Positions 39,065-48,591 of a stretch of DNA of 64,000 nt are shown here, in pieces (position 1 is the stretch's first letter; each line of letters begins with the position of its first letter). Location of the stretch: the IMG/VR virus record IMGVR_UViG_3300027708_001637; one strand, written 5' to 3'. This DNA comes from a virus. A model generated the notes under the pieces. That model was not told the origin of the DNA. It saw only the letters and a list, made by a program, of their open reading frames with translations, and ran no database searches. Both the position numbers and the translations under genes were made by a program.

Positions 39065-40144
39065 TTATTCCATTGCCTGGATAATGTACTTGCCGTACTT
39101 TTCGTGGAAGCGATCAAAGTGTTTCAACTTACTTGCATCAAACGGCAGTTGATAAGATGTCAACGCAACCTTTGCACCCATCACAACCAATTCAGTTGGA
39201 AAATTATCCATCATAAATGCAAAGAAGCAGTCTGCTTGAGCATCCCAATCTTTGGCCTTCTTTTGATCGGCAGTTTGCAATTCGTAGCACATTGACACAG
39301 TCAATGAATACATCGCAGAGATTTCTTTGATGTCGCACTTAACAACTTTACCACTCAAAATATCAGTGGGGTTAGGCATCTGCTTTGCAACACGGCGGTG
39401 TGCCATAAACTTAACAGCCAATCCTTCACCAATAGCACCTGCGACCAAATCGGTCAATGTGCCTTCTGGCAAATCGTCATCTTTAAGCAAGTCGCTAACA
39501 AAACTCCAACTACGCGGGGTAGCGAATGCACGGCTTGAACTACGTGGATCAAAGTCATACAAGTCTTGTTTAGCAAAACCAACATAACCAACAACTTGTT
39601 CGTGAACCTTGTTAGTAACAGCCCATTCTTGCCAATCCTCGAAGTCACTCTTCAATTCAATGTGTACGAAACGATTAGCCAACGGAGCAGGCATACGATA
39701 AGTAACACCTTTGTCACCATCACGGTTACCAGCCGCTACAATACTAACGCCTTTTGGAAGGATATAAGTACCAACACGACGATTCAACACCAACTGGAAC
39801 GCCGCTGCCTGTGTAGCAGGAGCCGCAGAGTTCAATTCATCCAAGAACAGGATAGCAGTAGAGTTGGGATCAGTGGGCAGTTCTGCAGGAGGAGCCCAAG
39901 TCATTGTATTCTCAGTACTGTTGTAATAAGGGATACCTTTAATGTCAGTGGGTTCCCAAAGACTCAAACGAACGTCGATAACTTCTCGACCTTGCTTGTC
40001 GCCAATTTGTTTAACGATATCACTTTTGCCAATGCCAGGCGGGCCCCACATAAACACGGGACGCTGGATTTTGATGCATTTTTCAATGCTACGTTTGGCT
40101 TCGTTAGGAGTAACGGTGCGGTTAGTGCTAATTTGCTCTGCCAT
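39065..40144 (-). CDS. MoxR/dynein-related AAA+ ATPase
   Basis: Walker A GPPGIGKS, Walker B LFLDELN, AAGN, sensor PLANRF; adjacent to a VWA gene. Confidence 0.92.
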   Translation of the reverse strand: MAEQISTNRTVTPNEAKRSIEKCIKIQRPVFMWGPPGIGKSDIVKQIGDKQGREVIDVRLSLWEPTDIKGIPYYNSTENTMTWAPPAELPTDPNSTAILFLDELNSAAPATQAAAFQLVLNRRVGTYILPKGVSIVAAGNRDGDKGVTYRMPAPLANRFVHIELKSDFEDWQEWAVTNKVHEQVVGYVGFAKQDLYDFDPRSSSRAFATPRSWSFVSDLLKDDDLPEGTLTDLVAGAIGEGLAVKFMAHRRVAKQMPNPTDILSGKVVKCDIKEISAMYSLTVSMCYELQTADQKKAKDWDAQADCFFAFMMDNFPTELVVMGAKVALTSYQLPFDASKLKHFDRFHEKYGKYIIQAME

Positions 40145-40203
40145 AAAATACTTTCTGTAAATTGTTTAAAAATACTAAATGCATTGTGCTTCAGTATGTA
40201 TTA

Positions 40204-40232
40204 ATTATACAGAAGATCTAGGCGTTTGTCAA
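40204..40232 (-). promoter_or_regulatory. Perfect sigma70 promoter TTGACA-17-TATAAT
   Basis: -35 at 40227-40232 and -10 at 40204-40209. Confidence 0.9.
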
Positions 40233-40612
40233 GCAGCCGGCTTAGGAATCTTTGCTTTTGCGGCACTAAATCTTGCAATATTGCCCGAAAACAACACCAA
40301 CTGTATTGCCATCTTTTCGTTGAATACAAATATTTCTTTATGTGTTATGTACCAAGGGCAGTCAATAAAGTTGTCTAACCATATGATCAATTGATTATTG
40401 AAATCAATTTGTTCCTGAAATAGCACCTTGTGTGCTTTGATATCTGCATCAACTAACGATTTGAATCCTTGTTCAGTTAGTCGTAACCCGCCAACTTTCT
40501 TTTGGCGTATATTTTGCCAAAGTATTCCAATATATTTTTTAAATGATTTGTCTGTAATTTCCACATTCAAGTGGTTCATCACATATTTGGTTATATCAGT
40601 CTTTTGATTCAT
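40229..40612 (-). CDS. Hypothetical protein
   Basis: 127 aa; GGLRLTEQG and CPWYI motifs; in operon. Confidence 0.75.
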   Translation of the reverse strand: MNQKTDITKYVMNHLNVEITDKSFKKYIGILWQNIRQKKVGGLRLTEQGFKSLVDADIKAHKVLFQEQIDFNNQLIIWLDNFIDCPWYITHKEIFVFNEKMAIQLVLFSGNIARFSAAKAKIPKPAA

Positions 40613-40895
40613 TGGTTAACTTCTCGCCAGAAACCAATTTATAGACGGAAAAGTCTTCAGTGTTAAAGAGTTTATTAAGTTTTTCGGCAAGATTATGAGC
40701 GTGTCCAGCATTTGAAAAAGATACTTTTTTATATTTTGGACCAATATCGTGTGCTACTATACTGCCAGTCTTTAGATTAATTGGTTTGTCTTGATAAAAT
40801 ACTGCCCAAATGGCTTCGGCATCCAAAACTTGTTCAGTTTTATACGTTTTTTTATTGGTTATTTCTAACAATACTTTTGGTTTAGGCCTTGACAT
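40596..40895 (-). CDS. Hypothetical protein
   Basis: 99 aa, GGAG RBS, late-type promoter upstream. Confidence 0.78.
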   Translation of the reverse strand: MSRPKPKVLLEITNKKTYKTEQVLDAEAIWAVFYQDKPINLKTGSIVAHDIGPKYKKVSFSNAGHAHNLAEKLNKLFNTEDFSVYKLVSGEKLTNESKD

Positions 40896-40919
40896 TTATA
40901 CGCTCCATATGTGCGTATA

Positions 40920-40927
40920 TATTTATT
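40920..40927 (-). promoter_or_regulatory. Late promoter variant AATAAATA
   Basis: Upstream of the 40895 start. Confidence 0.45.
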
Positions 40928-40934
40928 CAAAATA

Positions 40935-41153
40935 TTAAAATCCACCGCCATCTAACTTAACAGACCCATCATTAGATTTAGTTGATGCAGTTTGATCCGC
41001 AATACCAGTTAGCCTAGTCATTACTGATGCAAGACTATCAAACAGATCGGTATATTCTTTTGCAGTCAATGTAAGTGTTTTCTGACTGCTTTTTTTGGCA
41101 ATTCGTGCTTTATCTAAAAAATCTTCTATTGGCAATATGTTTAATTGTCGCAT
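40935..41153 (-). CDS. Hypothetical protein
   Basis: 72 aa, tiles the gap. Confidence 0.65.
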   Translation of the reverse strand: MRQLNILPIEDFLDKARIAKKSSQKTLTLTAKEYTDLFDSLASVMTRLTGIADQTASTKSNDGSVKLDGGGF

Positions 41154-41632
41154 AATTGATTGGCCTTGCGTAATTCTATTTTTGATTCTTCTTCAGTTTT
41201 CCAAGGACCCTGAAATGGATATCGTTCCAAAGTAATTAATTTAGGGCAAAAACTTTTAACCCAACCTTTTCGGAATTTAATAATATAATGTCCTGCACAG
41301 TGCTGACTTTTACTTTTAGCCCGTTTAGTATACAATGGCAACTTTTTTTGTACATTGTATAAGGGTTCAAATGGTTTAGTTTTACAGGGATAATCGTAGA
41401 TACTATACGTTTGGGGTTCAGTTGCTTCTTTTTTAACTTTTTTAATGGTCTCTTCGAAGAAGGCAACTCCGATTGCATTTTTAATTTCAGCCAAATCTTT
41501 GTATGTAGATACTTTGCCTTTTTGTAATACCATATATCCACGTTTAATTTTGGCAATACTGCCAATCTTTTTTGATCCGTCTTTGATTAACCATTCTTTT
41601 TCTGGGATCAATACTTTAGCATTTGCTGTCAT
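41141..41632 (-). CDS. Hypothetical protein
   Basis: 163 aa, coupled to the RNase H stop. Confidence 0.78.
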   Translation of the reverse strand: MTANAKVLIPEKEWLIKDGSKKIGSIAKIKRGYMVLQKGKVSTYKDLAEIKNAIGVAFFEETIKKVKKEATEPQTYSIYDYPCKTKPFEPLYNVQKKLPLYTKRAKSKSQHCAGHYIIKFRKGWVKSFCPKLITLERYPFQGPWKTEEESKIELRKANQLCDN

Positions 41633-42621
41633 TATACATACCTCGCATTTAATGGTTCGCTATAACTTTGAACTTGTTCACTTACTTTTTGTAAATCAAA
41701 TTCAGCACAGAATTTTAGCAATCTAATGCCAACCTGTGAAATATTCTTCTCTGCTGTCATAGCCGTATTAATAGTTTCTTTAATTAATACTTTAATATCA
41801 TCTGGTTGTGCAGTCAAGTCGCACAATATCACATTACGGGAGTAATCATCTAACACACGATGTTCGACACCTTCGTGGTCAGACCAACGCTGCAACATCA
41901 TATTGTTCCAATTGTAGCCTTTTGAATTACGATCAGCAAAGGCTTCTCTCAAACCAACTTTATTCTTTGTACCTTTTTCACGCACACCTGGATAAGCACT
42001 AAAGATATTATCGCTTGTATCGCCGCGCATACATTTTTCAAATAGTTGCCATTCAGGTTCAGGGGGACTCTTTGGCAATTTAGTTTTCTTGTCAATAACA
42101 TACTTGCCTTTGGCATCATAATAACCGGTATGCTTTACAGTTACTTCCATTATGCCATTATATTGACTTACGTTTGGTGCAATCAGTTGTGCAAAATCGC
42201 CATCTGTGGAGATGATAACATGATTGTCATCGGGATGAGATTGAATAAACCCTGCAATCAAATCATCTGCTTCAAGTTGCGGATGTTGTAGTACAGTTGT
42301 ATTAGTTTTTTCTGTAATGAAATCTTTAAACTGATCAAATGTTTCCCAAAACACTCGTTCTTCTTCTGCTTCTTTTGGGCTATGTGCAGCCCGGCCAGCG
42401 GCACGTTGTGCCTTATATGGTGCGTAATAGTCTTTGCGCCAGCTTCTTCCCTCTAAACAGAACACCACGTGATCGCCTTTGAAATCGCGCCACGCTTTTC
42501 TTACACTGCCTAATACAGTTTGAATACTCATACCAATCTTGTCATTTAGATCACCACGAATAACGTGACGTGCTCTAAAGAATGTATTTGCTGTATCAAC
42601 AATGATATATGTTTTATTCAT
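41632..42621 (-). CDS. rnh: RNase H / 5'-3' exonuclease (T4 Rnh, FEN family)
   Basis: IVDTAN, WRK..Y..YK..R, EADDLI, STDGDFAQL, RGDTSDNI motifs. Confidence 0.93.
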   Translation of the reverse strand: MNKTYIIVDTANTFFRARHVIRGDLNDKIGMSIQTVLGSVRKAWRDFKGDHVVFCLEGRSWRKDYYAPYKAQRAAGRAAHSPKEAEEERVFWETFDQFKDFITEKTNTTVLQHPQLEADDLIAGFIQSHPDDNHVIISTDGDFAQLIAPNVSQYNGIMEVTVKHTGYYDAKGKYVIDKKTKLPKSPPEPEWQLFEKCMRGDTSDNIFSAYPGVREKGTKNKVGLREAFADRNSKGYNWNNMMLQRWSDHEGVEHRVLDDYSRNVILCDLTAQPDDIKVLIKETINTAMTAEKNISQVGIRLLKFCAEFDLQKVSEQVQSYSEPLNARYV

Positions 42622-42625
42622 TAAT

Positions 42626-43240
42626 TTACTTTATTTTAACGTAACAGATTTTAACATTATTTGAACCAATTTCCACAAGTTCAAAATTATTTTTAATTAA
42701 GTCATCGTGTACAATTTGATGGTTGTATTTGTTTGTGTCATCAAATACAAATTTAGTTCCAATTACTGATCTAGGATAAAAAAATTGAACTTCATCAAAT
42801 ACGGCATTACTTTGGTGTGGGCCGTCGAAGAATACAAGACTGTATTGATTAACAACTGTTTTAAATTCTTGATAAAATGGCACACCGTCTTGAAATCTAT
42901 TAAAAAATTCAGTATCTTCTAAACATAAAAATACTAGATTAACAGCTTTACCTTTTGCATATTCATATAAACTTGATACCGCAGTATTACGCATATCATT
43001 TGTATAATCTGATTTTGCTAAGTTATTTTCATTATCATAAAAATCTATATTCCCATATGGATCTAAACAAATTATGTTTCTATTTAAATCATCAACAGAA
43101 AGTAGTCCTTCGATAATATATTGTGTACTACCGCCTAATCTAGTACCAATCTCGCATACCGTACCACTAATATCTTTAATCGATGCCGCAGCACGATATA
43201 ATATATCGTAATCAGTACTATCTATTTCTAATCTATTCAT
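42626..43240 (-). CDS. Class I SAM-dependent methyltransferase (Methyltransf_24 / TylF-like)
   Basis: CEIGTRLGGS SAM motif I, LDPYG, VFFDGPH, FVFDD. Confidence 0.82.
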   Translation of the reverse strand: MNRLEIDSTDYDILYRAAASIKDISGTVCEIGTRLGGSTQYIIEGLLSVDDLNRNIICLDPYGNIDFYDNENNLAKSDYTNDMRNTAVSSLYEYAKGKAVNLVFLCLEDTEFFNRFQDGVPFYQEFKTVVNQYSLVFFDGPHQSNAVFDEVQFFYPRSVIGTKFVFDDTNKYNHQIVHDDLIKNNFELVEIGSNNVKICYVKIK

Positions 43241-43241
43241 A

Positions 43242-43667
43242 TTAACTGATTTCCGTTCTACCGTCGCCTAAATTGTTTACATTGATATAGCCTGCGCCTC
43301 TACGGCTCATATCAATACCTTCTTCTCCGCCTAAATTGCGGCATAGTTCACTAAACCACTTGTCTACAACTTCTTCGTCTGTATCACCAGTGTAGCCTGC
43401 TGTACGTAATTGTAGCACAAAGTATTCATTCCAGTCAAGTTCAAAAAATCCGTTTCGAATGTTATCTTTATTAACGTGAGTATCTAATACTGCAACCCAG
43501 GGTTCTTTTTTCTCTGTAGCAATTTCTTTAGGAGTTTTTAAAACTTCATTAAGTTTGGCTTCAGCATCTTTATATCTCTGTGCAAAGAAGTCTGCTGTTT
43601 CTCTGGCATTTTTTGCGTCTTCTTCAATTTTATCAATACCCAATATTTTTTTTATAAAGTTTTTCAT
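43242..43667 (-). CDS. Hypothetical protein
   Basis: Start set at MKNFIKK (43667) after an AAGGA RBS; EPWVAVL...NGFFELDWN motif. Confidence 0.78.
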   Translation of the reverse strand: MKNFIKKILGIDKIEEDAKNARETADFFAQRYKDAEAKLNEVLKTPKEIATEKKEPWVAVLDTHVNKDNIRNGFFELDWNEYFVLQLRTAGYTGDTDEEVVDKWFSELCRNLGGEEGIDMSRRGAGYINVNNLGDGRTEIS

Positions 43668-43714
43668 TTTGTTTCCTTTAGGCTGTATCAATAGAGATTG
43701 ATCTAATATTCCCA

Positions 43715-44578
43715 TCAAGTGCCCCACTCATTTTTAAACAACGGCACTTGCAATCGATCACTGTATCTAAGTCCGTGTTTCATTGCCAACAATGCTACAT
43801 TCTTATTATTCATTACATACACACTTTCAACTCCACCTACTGGCATTAGGTAAACGTAACCTTTAAATCCTGCTTGACGATATGCAGCAATAGCACATTC
43901 AGCATCAGCAAAGTCTTGTTCAGTAGCAATAACAAACTTCAAATATGCAGTTCCGTATTCTTCATATTCACAAACACGTTCTGGTTTAATAGCATCATCC
44001 CATGGTTCGCCTGAACACGGTAGTTTAGCACTTACACTAAATGTAATTTCTCTTTTAGGATCTATATCTGTCCAACTGCGTAAGAATTCTTTAAAGTCTT
44101 TTGTTAAACGCATTGTGCCATTTGTTTCAAAAGTAATTTCTTTTAAACCTGACATTTTGGGATTGTTTAACAAATCTGGATATGCTTTTTGCCAACCTAG
44201 CAACGGTTCGCCACCTGTGATAACAAGGTGTTCATCTTTCCAATGATCTTGCGGAAGAATTTCCATAATACGATCGGCAATAGCATCACTAGTGAGCATA
44301 GGACTAAGGTCTTTAAAACTAGGATGCCAACTAGCATAACTATCGCAACCTGTACTGACCAAAGGCAGGTCTTCGTATTTTTTAAACGCTATAGTTTCAT
44401 GTGATGTTTGTAGTAATGCAAGTTTGTCTGCTTCGTCGCTTAATTCGCCACGCGGCATACCAAAACCTTGACAGGTAAAGTTACATCCAAATGTGCGTAG
44501 AAACACACTGGGCACTCCCATATATTTTCCCTCTCCTTGTATAGAGTAGAAAAGTTCTGCAATTTTAATTTTGCTCAT
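43715..44578 (-). CDS. queE: 7-carboxy-7-deazaguanine synthase (radical SAM)
   Basis: ELFYSIQGEG...G.PSVFLR..GCNFTC...CDS split radical-SAM motif, VITGGEPL, ETNGT, S.K, KFVI. Confidence 0.9.
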   Translation of the reverse strand: MSKIKIAELFYSIQGEGKYMGVPSVFLRTFGCNFTCQGFGMPRGELSDEADKLALLQTSHETIAFKKYEDLPLVSTGCDSYASWHPSFKDLSPMLTSDAIADRIMEILPQDHWKDEHLVITGGEPLLGWQKAYPDLLNNPKMSGLKEITFETNGTMRLTKDFKEFLRSWTDIDPKREITFSVSAKLPCSGEPWDDAIKPERVCEYEEYGTAYLKFVIATEQDFADAECAIAAYRQAGFKGYVYLMPVGGVESVYVMNNKNVALLAMKHGLRYSDRLQVPLFKNEWGT

Positions 44579-44843
44579 AAATGTTAGACCATTTCTTAAG
44601 TTTGTATTTTTTATTTTGTTTTGCTTCGTCTAAGTTTTTAGATTTCACAATACCTTGTTCCAATAAGATATCAATCATTGCCAGTACATCGCCCAGTTCT
44701 TCTTCTAGATGTTCTAAATTAGTTTGTACTTCGCCAAACTTATGATTGTCCATACCAAATCGACTAATTTTGCTAACTGCTTGAATAACCTCTGCACATT
44801 CTTCTTGTAGAATGTCCATTACTTCTTTTGTTTTACTGTCCAT
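44565..44843 (-). CDS. MazG-like NTP pyrophosphohydrolase
   Basis: EECAEVIQA...EEELGDVLA (ExxE...ExxD) motif. Confidence 0.85.
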   Translation of the reverse strand: MDSKTKEVMDILQEECAEVIQAVSKISRFGMDNHKFGEVQTNLEHLEEELGDVLAMIDILLEQGIVKSKNLDEAKQNKKYKLKKWSNIYEQN

Positions 44844-45240
44844 ATTCACCTTTTAATGAATCCATAATGACTCTATGTTCTCTATTATACACTTCTCTAT
44901 TAAGAAACGCAAGGAATTCTTCTGACTCCATTTGCTCGGCGGCCTTTAATAAATTTCTACAAGCCAATGCATAGTATCTACGTTTAGCGGCTTTAGTAAC
45001 ACCCTTGGCATCTTCTACTGCCATTTGAAAATTGTTTACTAAAATCTTTGAGGCTTCACTTGGCTTACCATTCCAAATAACATCACCATCTGCTGTAATA
45101 GTCAACACCGCGTTATCCTTTGCAGAATTGAATTGTATACTGTTGTTTGGAACAAATCGTCCTGCTTGATATCCTATAGCAGTGTTATAAGATCCAGAAG
45201 TAATATTATATGCTGCAACTGATTGTGCACCAAAACCCAT
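44833..45240 (-). CDS. Hypothetical protein
   Basis: Start moved to the first ATG after the HIT stop; the longer track ORF overlaps HIT by 230 nt. Confidence 0.6.
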   Translation of the reverse strand: MGFGAQSVAAYNITSGSYNTAIGYQAGRFVPNNSIQFNSAKDNAVLTITADGDVIWNGKPSEASKILVNNFQMAVEDAKGVTKAAKRRYYALACRNLLKAAEQMESEEFLAFLNREVYNREHRVIMDSLKGEYGQ

Positions 45241-45277
45241 TAGTTGTGTATCGCTTGCCCAATCAAACTTAACAGGT

Positions 45278-45673
45278 TTAATCTTTTCTGTAGTTCGGAG
45301 ACTTATAGTTGCCTTTGCCCGGTATTGTATTCCTAATGCCGCCGATTGGATCTTCGACGTCACCCAACTTACGTGGTATAAGATGGATATGAGGCCAGTT
45401 GATAGTTTGACCAGCAGCTTGGCCTTGATTAATGCCAATATTGTAACCGTCCCATTCTCCGGCTTCCACCATTCTTTTACCTTCGCTAATAGCATCTTCA
45501 AACGCATCTTTTAATACTCCTATTGTATTATATTTAGGCACAAACAATAAATGACCTTTAGTAACAGGATATTTGTCCTTGTATACTATTACATGAAAAT
45601 CGTCCCTATATACATCAGTCCAAGGAACATTGGCCCATTCAATATGATCTGGACCATCAAAAATCTTATTCAC
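45278..45673 (-). CDS. HIT-family nucleotide hydrolase
   Basis: DKYPVTKGHLLFVPK, GYNIG.N.G.AAGQT, PHIHLIPR. Confidence 0.9.
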   Translation of the reverse strand: MNKIFDGPDHIEWANVPWTDVYRDDFHVIVYKDKYPVTKGHLLFVPKYNTIGVLKDAFEDAISEGKRMVEAGEWDGYNIGINQGQAAGQTINWPHIHLIPRKLGDVEDPIGGIRNTIPGKGNYKSPNYRKD

Positions 45674-46127
45674 GACCAGCCTTTGCCTTCAAATATGATT
45701 CGTTATGAATCCAGTTATTATTAACTAGAAATCCCCATTCCCGCTTTTTTGGTCCCGGCATAAACAATGTCCAAGGAGTAACACCTTCTTTTAATTCAAT
45801 ACGATGATAACTTGTTGGTTTACAAATACGAAAATGTCCAGGGCCACGCCAATGACGAATTTCGCCAATCATTTCTTTTTTGCTATTAAACTTTGGGATC
45901 CATTCATAATATCCACCTGCTAAAATAAATGTAGCATAGGACCAAGGATGATCGTGAACATCGCCAGGATCGCCTGTATGGAATTTATGTAAAAATACAT
46001 TAAATGGAAAACGATCTCGATCTTTTAAGAACAAGTAATAACGAGTCAACAAAGGCTGATTACTTTGTCGGTCCATAATGATACGTTTACGGCCAATTTT
46101 ATCTAGAAAGTTTAAAAAAAAGTTCAT
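45666..46127 (-). CDS. Cupin-fold protein
   Basis: HKF...D...HDHPW...IL.GGY.E...HRIEL...WTLF motif. Confidence 0.75.
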   Translation of the reverse strand: MNFFLNFLDKIGRKRIIMDRQSNQPLLTRYYLFLKDRDRFPFNVFLHKFHTGDPGDVHDHPWSYATFILAGGYYEWIPKFNSKKEMIGEIRHWRGPGHFRICKPTSYHRIELKEGVTPWTLFMPGPKKREWGFLVNNNWIHNESYLKAKAGRE

Positions 46128-46891
46128 TTTGTTAAATTACTTCGTTGTTTAATAAGTTCTAATACTGCCGGATCGTTTGATTGATCTTGCGTTGGTGCAA
46201 ATAATGCACGTGGGCGAGTATCTACACCTTTGGCAGGATCAGTCAAATAATATACTGCCATACTTCTACGATATACGTTATCGGGACAGGTCAAGTCATC
46301 TGGTAGCCCGTGCCAAGAATGTTGGGTGGTATCAAATAGAACTGCACGATTAAATTTATTTTCTACAGTATAAACACATTCTAAAGGCTGATTGGTTATC
46401 TCATTATGGCTCCATAGTTCCAACCCACCTTTCCATTCAGGCTTCCAATCGGGTGTCATATAAACAATCAAATTATAATGACGTTCTAGTTTTAGTTTAG
46501 GATGAATACTATAGTCGAGATGTACATTTAACTTGCCGCCTTTGTGATGAGCGTGCCAGCCGCCCCCGTGAAGACCTATGTCAGTTTTAATATTATAAAC
46601 ACCAACAACTGGTTCAATAATATTAAGAAATTCTTGACTATTTAAATATGTAAATGCTTGATAAGTAGCTGCTGGAAATCGATCCCAATGATTACACGCT
46701 TTCTTATCTTCAATAGGATTTTGATAATGTGTAGTCCACACAGTACTTTCGTAACTTGGAAAATCTGCAACTAATTGTTTTGCAATATCATCTTTCCAAA
46801 AATTATCAATGATAATATGGTTAAATGGTTTAGCGTTTATAAATTGGGCCGCCAACTCACCCCAGTTTTGATCATTGATAAATTTGTTCAT
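46124..46891 (-). CDS. 2-oxoglutarate/Fe(II) oxygenase (prolyl-4-hydroxylase-like)
   Basis: HLD...SWHG...RRSMA: HxD/H facial triad plus RxS. Confidence 0.88.
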   Translation of the reverse strand: MNKFINDQNWGELAAQFINAKPFNHIIIDNFWKDDIAKQLVADFPSYESTVWTTHYQNPIEDKKACNHWDRFPAATYQAFTYLNSQEFLNIIEPVVGVYNIKTDIGLHGGGWHAHHKGGKLNVHLDYSIHPKLKLERHYNLIVYMTPDWKPEWKGGLELWSHNEITNQPLECVYTVENKFNRAVLFDTTQHSWHGLPDDLTCPDNVYRRSMAVYYLTDPAKGVDTRPRALFAPTQDQSNDPAVLELIKQRSNLTK

Positions 46892-47964
46892 TTAATATTT
46901 TTTAATAGTTCAGTGGCACTAAAGAAATGTTTTGTCAAATCTTGTGCTTGTTTATGTAATTGCGGTAGCCTCTTTTCATAGTGTGTCATTGTGACAATAA
47001 TGTGATGACACAATTCTTGTCTATGAATTAGATAACTATCCCAACTTTCCGTCCATTCACTAGGATATTTAAATCCGTCATAATACATTTCTGTATAACT
47101 CAAACGATCTGGTACCATAGGAATGGCATCTACTAATGCACCTTCATAACAACTGATGCCAAGTGTTTCCTGCAAATTTGCACTGAATACAATCTTGGCA
47201 CGACCCAACAACTTGTGATATTCATGTTTGTCCAATTGTGTATCTTGACAAACAATAAATTCATATTGAGGTAACTGTTTGGCCAAATCACAAAAAATCT
47301 CAACTTGCTTTTCTGGTGCAATACGATGTGGAAACAAAATCAGATCACGCTTGGGATTAGTATTATAGTTCTCCAATGTATCAATCATATACTCCATTGG
47401 CCAGCCTGTGAGTACAACTTTGTCAACGCCCATTGCACGAAAGTGTTCAGACGGACCGTCTACTCCAAACAAGTTCTTAAAGAACATGTCAATATGGAAT
47501 TCGGTAGCAAAGTAGTTATGATCAATAGCATGAAAGAAACTTTTCTCAGCATGTCTAACCCAAGGTTTATTGCCAACAAGCCGTCCCAAAAAGTCTTGTG
47601 GATCATAACTGCCGGCGTGCCACAATGCGTGAATGGTTACAGGAATCTGCAACAGTTCACTCATATACTTTAAATTTACAATTCCTGGATGCCACGCATC
47701 AGTAAACAAAAAGTGATCCCCAGCATTAATGGATCCCTCGCAAAAAAGTCTGCTAATCTGTTCAACTTGAGCAGCCTTGTATATATTGGTGCCACCAAAG
47801 TTGAGAAAAGCTCCTGGCGTAGTTGCTGGAGGAATATCTCCAGGTCCTGAAATAACTCGAACATTGTGTCCTGCCTTTGAAAGTAGATTAGGTACATGAG
47901 ACTTCCATTGTCCCGTGTACCTAGTGCTAACACTTTCTAGGTCAACTAGAAAGATATTTGCCAT
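46888..47964 (-). CDS. GT-B fold glycosyltransferase (GT4-like)
   Basis: FPHRIAPEKQ and ETLGISCYEG (E-x7-E) C-terminal nucleotide-sugar motifs. Confidence 0.8.
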   Translation of the reverse strand: MANIFLVDLESVSTRYTGQWKSHVPNLLSKAGHNVRVISGPGDIPPATTPGAFLNFGGTNIYKAAQVEQISRLFCEGSINAGDHFLFTDAWHPGIVNLKYMSELLQIPVTIHALWHAGSYDPQDFLGRLVGNKPWVRHAEKSFFHAIDHNYFATEFHIDMFFKNLFGVDGPSEHFRAMGVDKVVLTGWPMEYMIDTLENYNTNPKRDLILFPHRIAPEKQVEIFCDLAKQLPQYEFIVCQDTQLDKHEYHKLLGRAKIVFSANLQETLGISCYEGALVDAIPMVPDRLSYTEMYYDGFKYPSEWTESWDSYLIHRQELCHHIIVTMTHYEKRLPQLHKQAQDLTKHFFSATELLKNIK

Positions 47965-48186
47965 TTATGCCTCTTGACGTGCTCGCGATTCCCGACGTGC
48001 TTTACGCTCAAGATACTCTTGCTCCTGTTGGAAGCGACGGTAGTCTGGACTACGATACATATCCTTCTCATCAAATTTGATTAAGTTGAATCGGCAATAG
48101 TCCAACCAACGATCCAAGTCGTCGAAAATACGCTCGACTTCTGGTTTCATTTTAAGAGTTTTTTGAATGTAATTTGGCTGTGCCAT
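47965..48186 (-). CDS. Hypothetical protein
   Basis: 73 aa, AGGA RBS. Confidence 0.7.
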   Translation of the reverse strand: MAQPNYIQKTLKMKPEVERIFDDLDRWLDYCRFNLIKFDEKDMYRSPDYRRFQQEQEYLERKARRESRARQEA

Positions 48187-48213
48187 ATAGTTTCCTGTTG
48201 TTTAACAAAATAT

Positions 48214-48591
48214 TTAAGGTTTATATTCAACAATACCATCAGACTCGCCATCCTCAGATACTGTCACTTCATAATATCTTTCACCATATTTAGGTAAAAG
48301 ATGATTTTTCAAAATGTCTGTAGCAATCATTTCACAACTTTTATGATCCTGATTACCCGACTTAATGAAATCTTGCAAAGCCCATTTAACTAGAAAAAAT
48401 TCTAGTTCACGATCTAAATGAGTTACTGAAATTTTTACTTCTATTTTAAATATATGACGATGCAGATTTTCCAAAAATTCAATTCTTGGATCAATAGCAC
48501 TTGCATTGGGATAAAAATGAAATCCTTCAAATTCTGTACGAACTTTAATAAAGGTCATTTCTGATGGTCGAATATCTTGTTTAATTATCAT
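48214..48591 (-). CDS. queD: QueD-like T-fold protein (6-carboxytetrahydropterin synthase)
   Basis: FEGFH...LHRHIF.IEV, SCEMIA and VSEDGE align with QueD H-x-H, T/S-x-E and V-x-E motifs; near queE and dpdA. Confidence 0.68.
   Translation of the reverse strand: MIIKQDIRPSEMTFIKVRTEFEGFHFYPNASAIDPRIEFLENLHRHIFKIEVKISVTHLDRELEFFLVKWALQDFIKSGNQDHKSCEMIATDILKNHLLPKYGERYYEVTVSEDGESDGIVEYKP

Noticed and set aside
43687-43702. ATCAAT-AGAG-ATTGAT hairpin after queE as a terminator or preQ1 riboswitch
   Set aside because: Weak AT-only stem, no U-tract and no riboswitch consensus.
45241-45507. Long N-terminal extension of the 44833..45507 ORF
   Set aside because: It overlaps the HIT gene in another frame for 230 nt; the ATG at 45240 fits the operon better.
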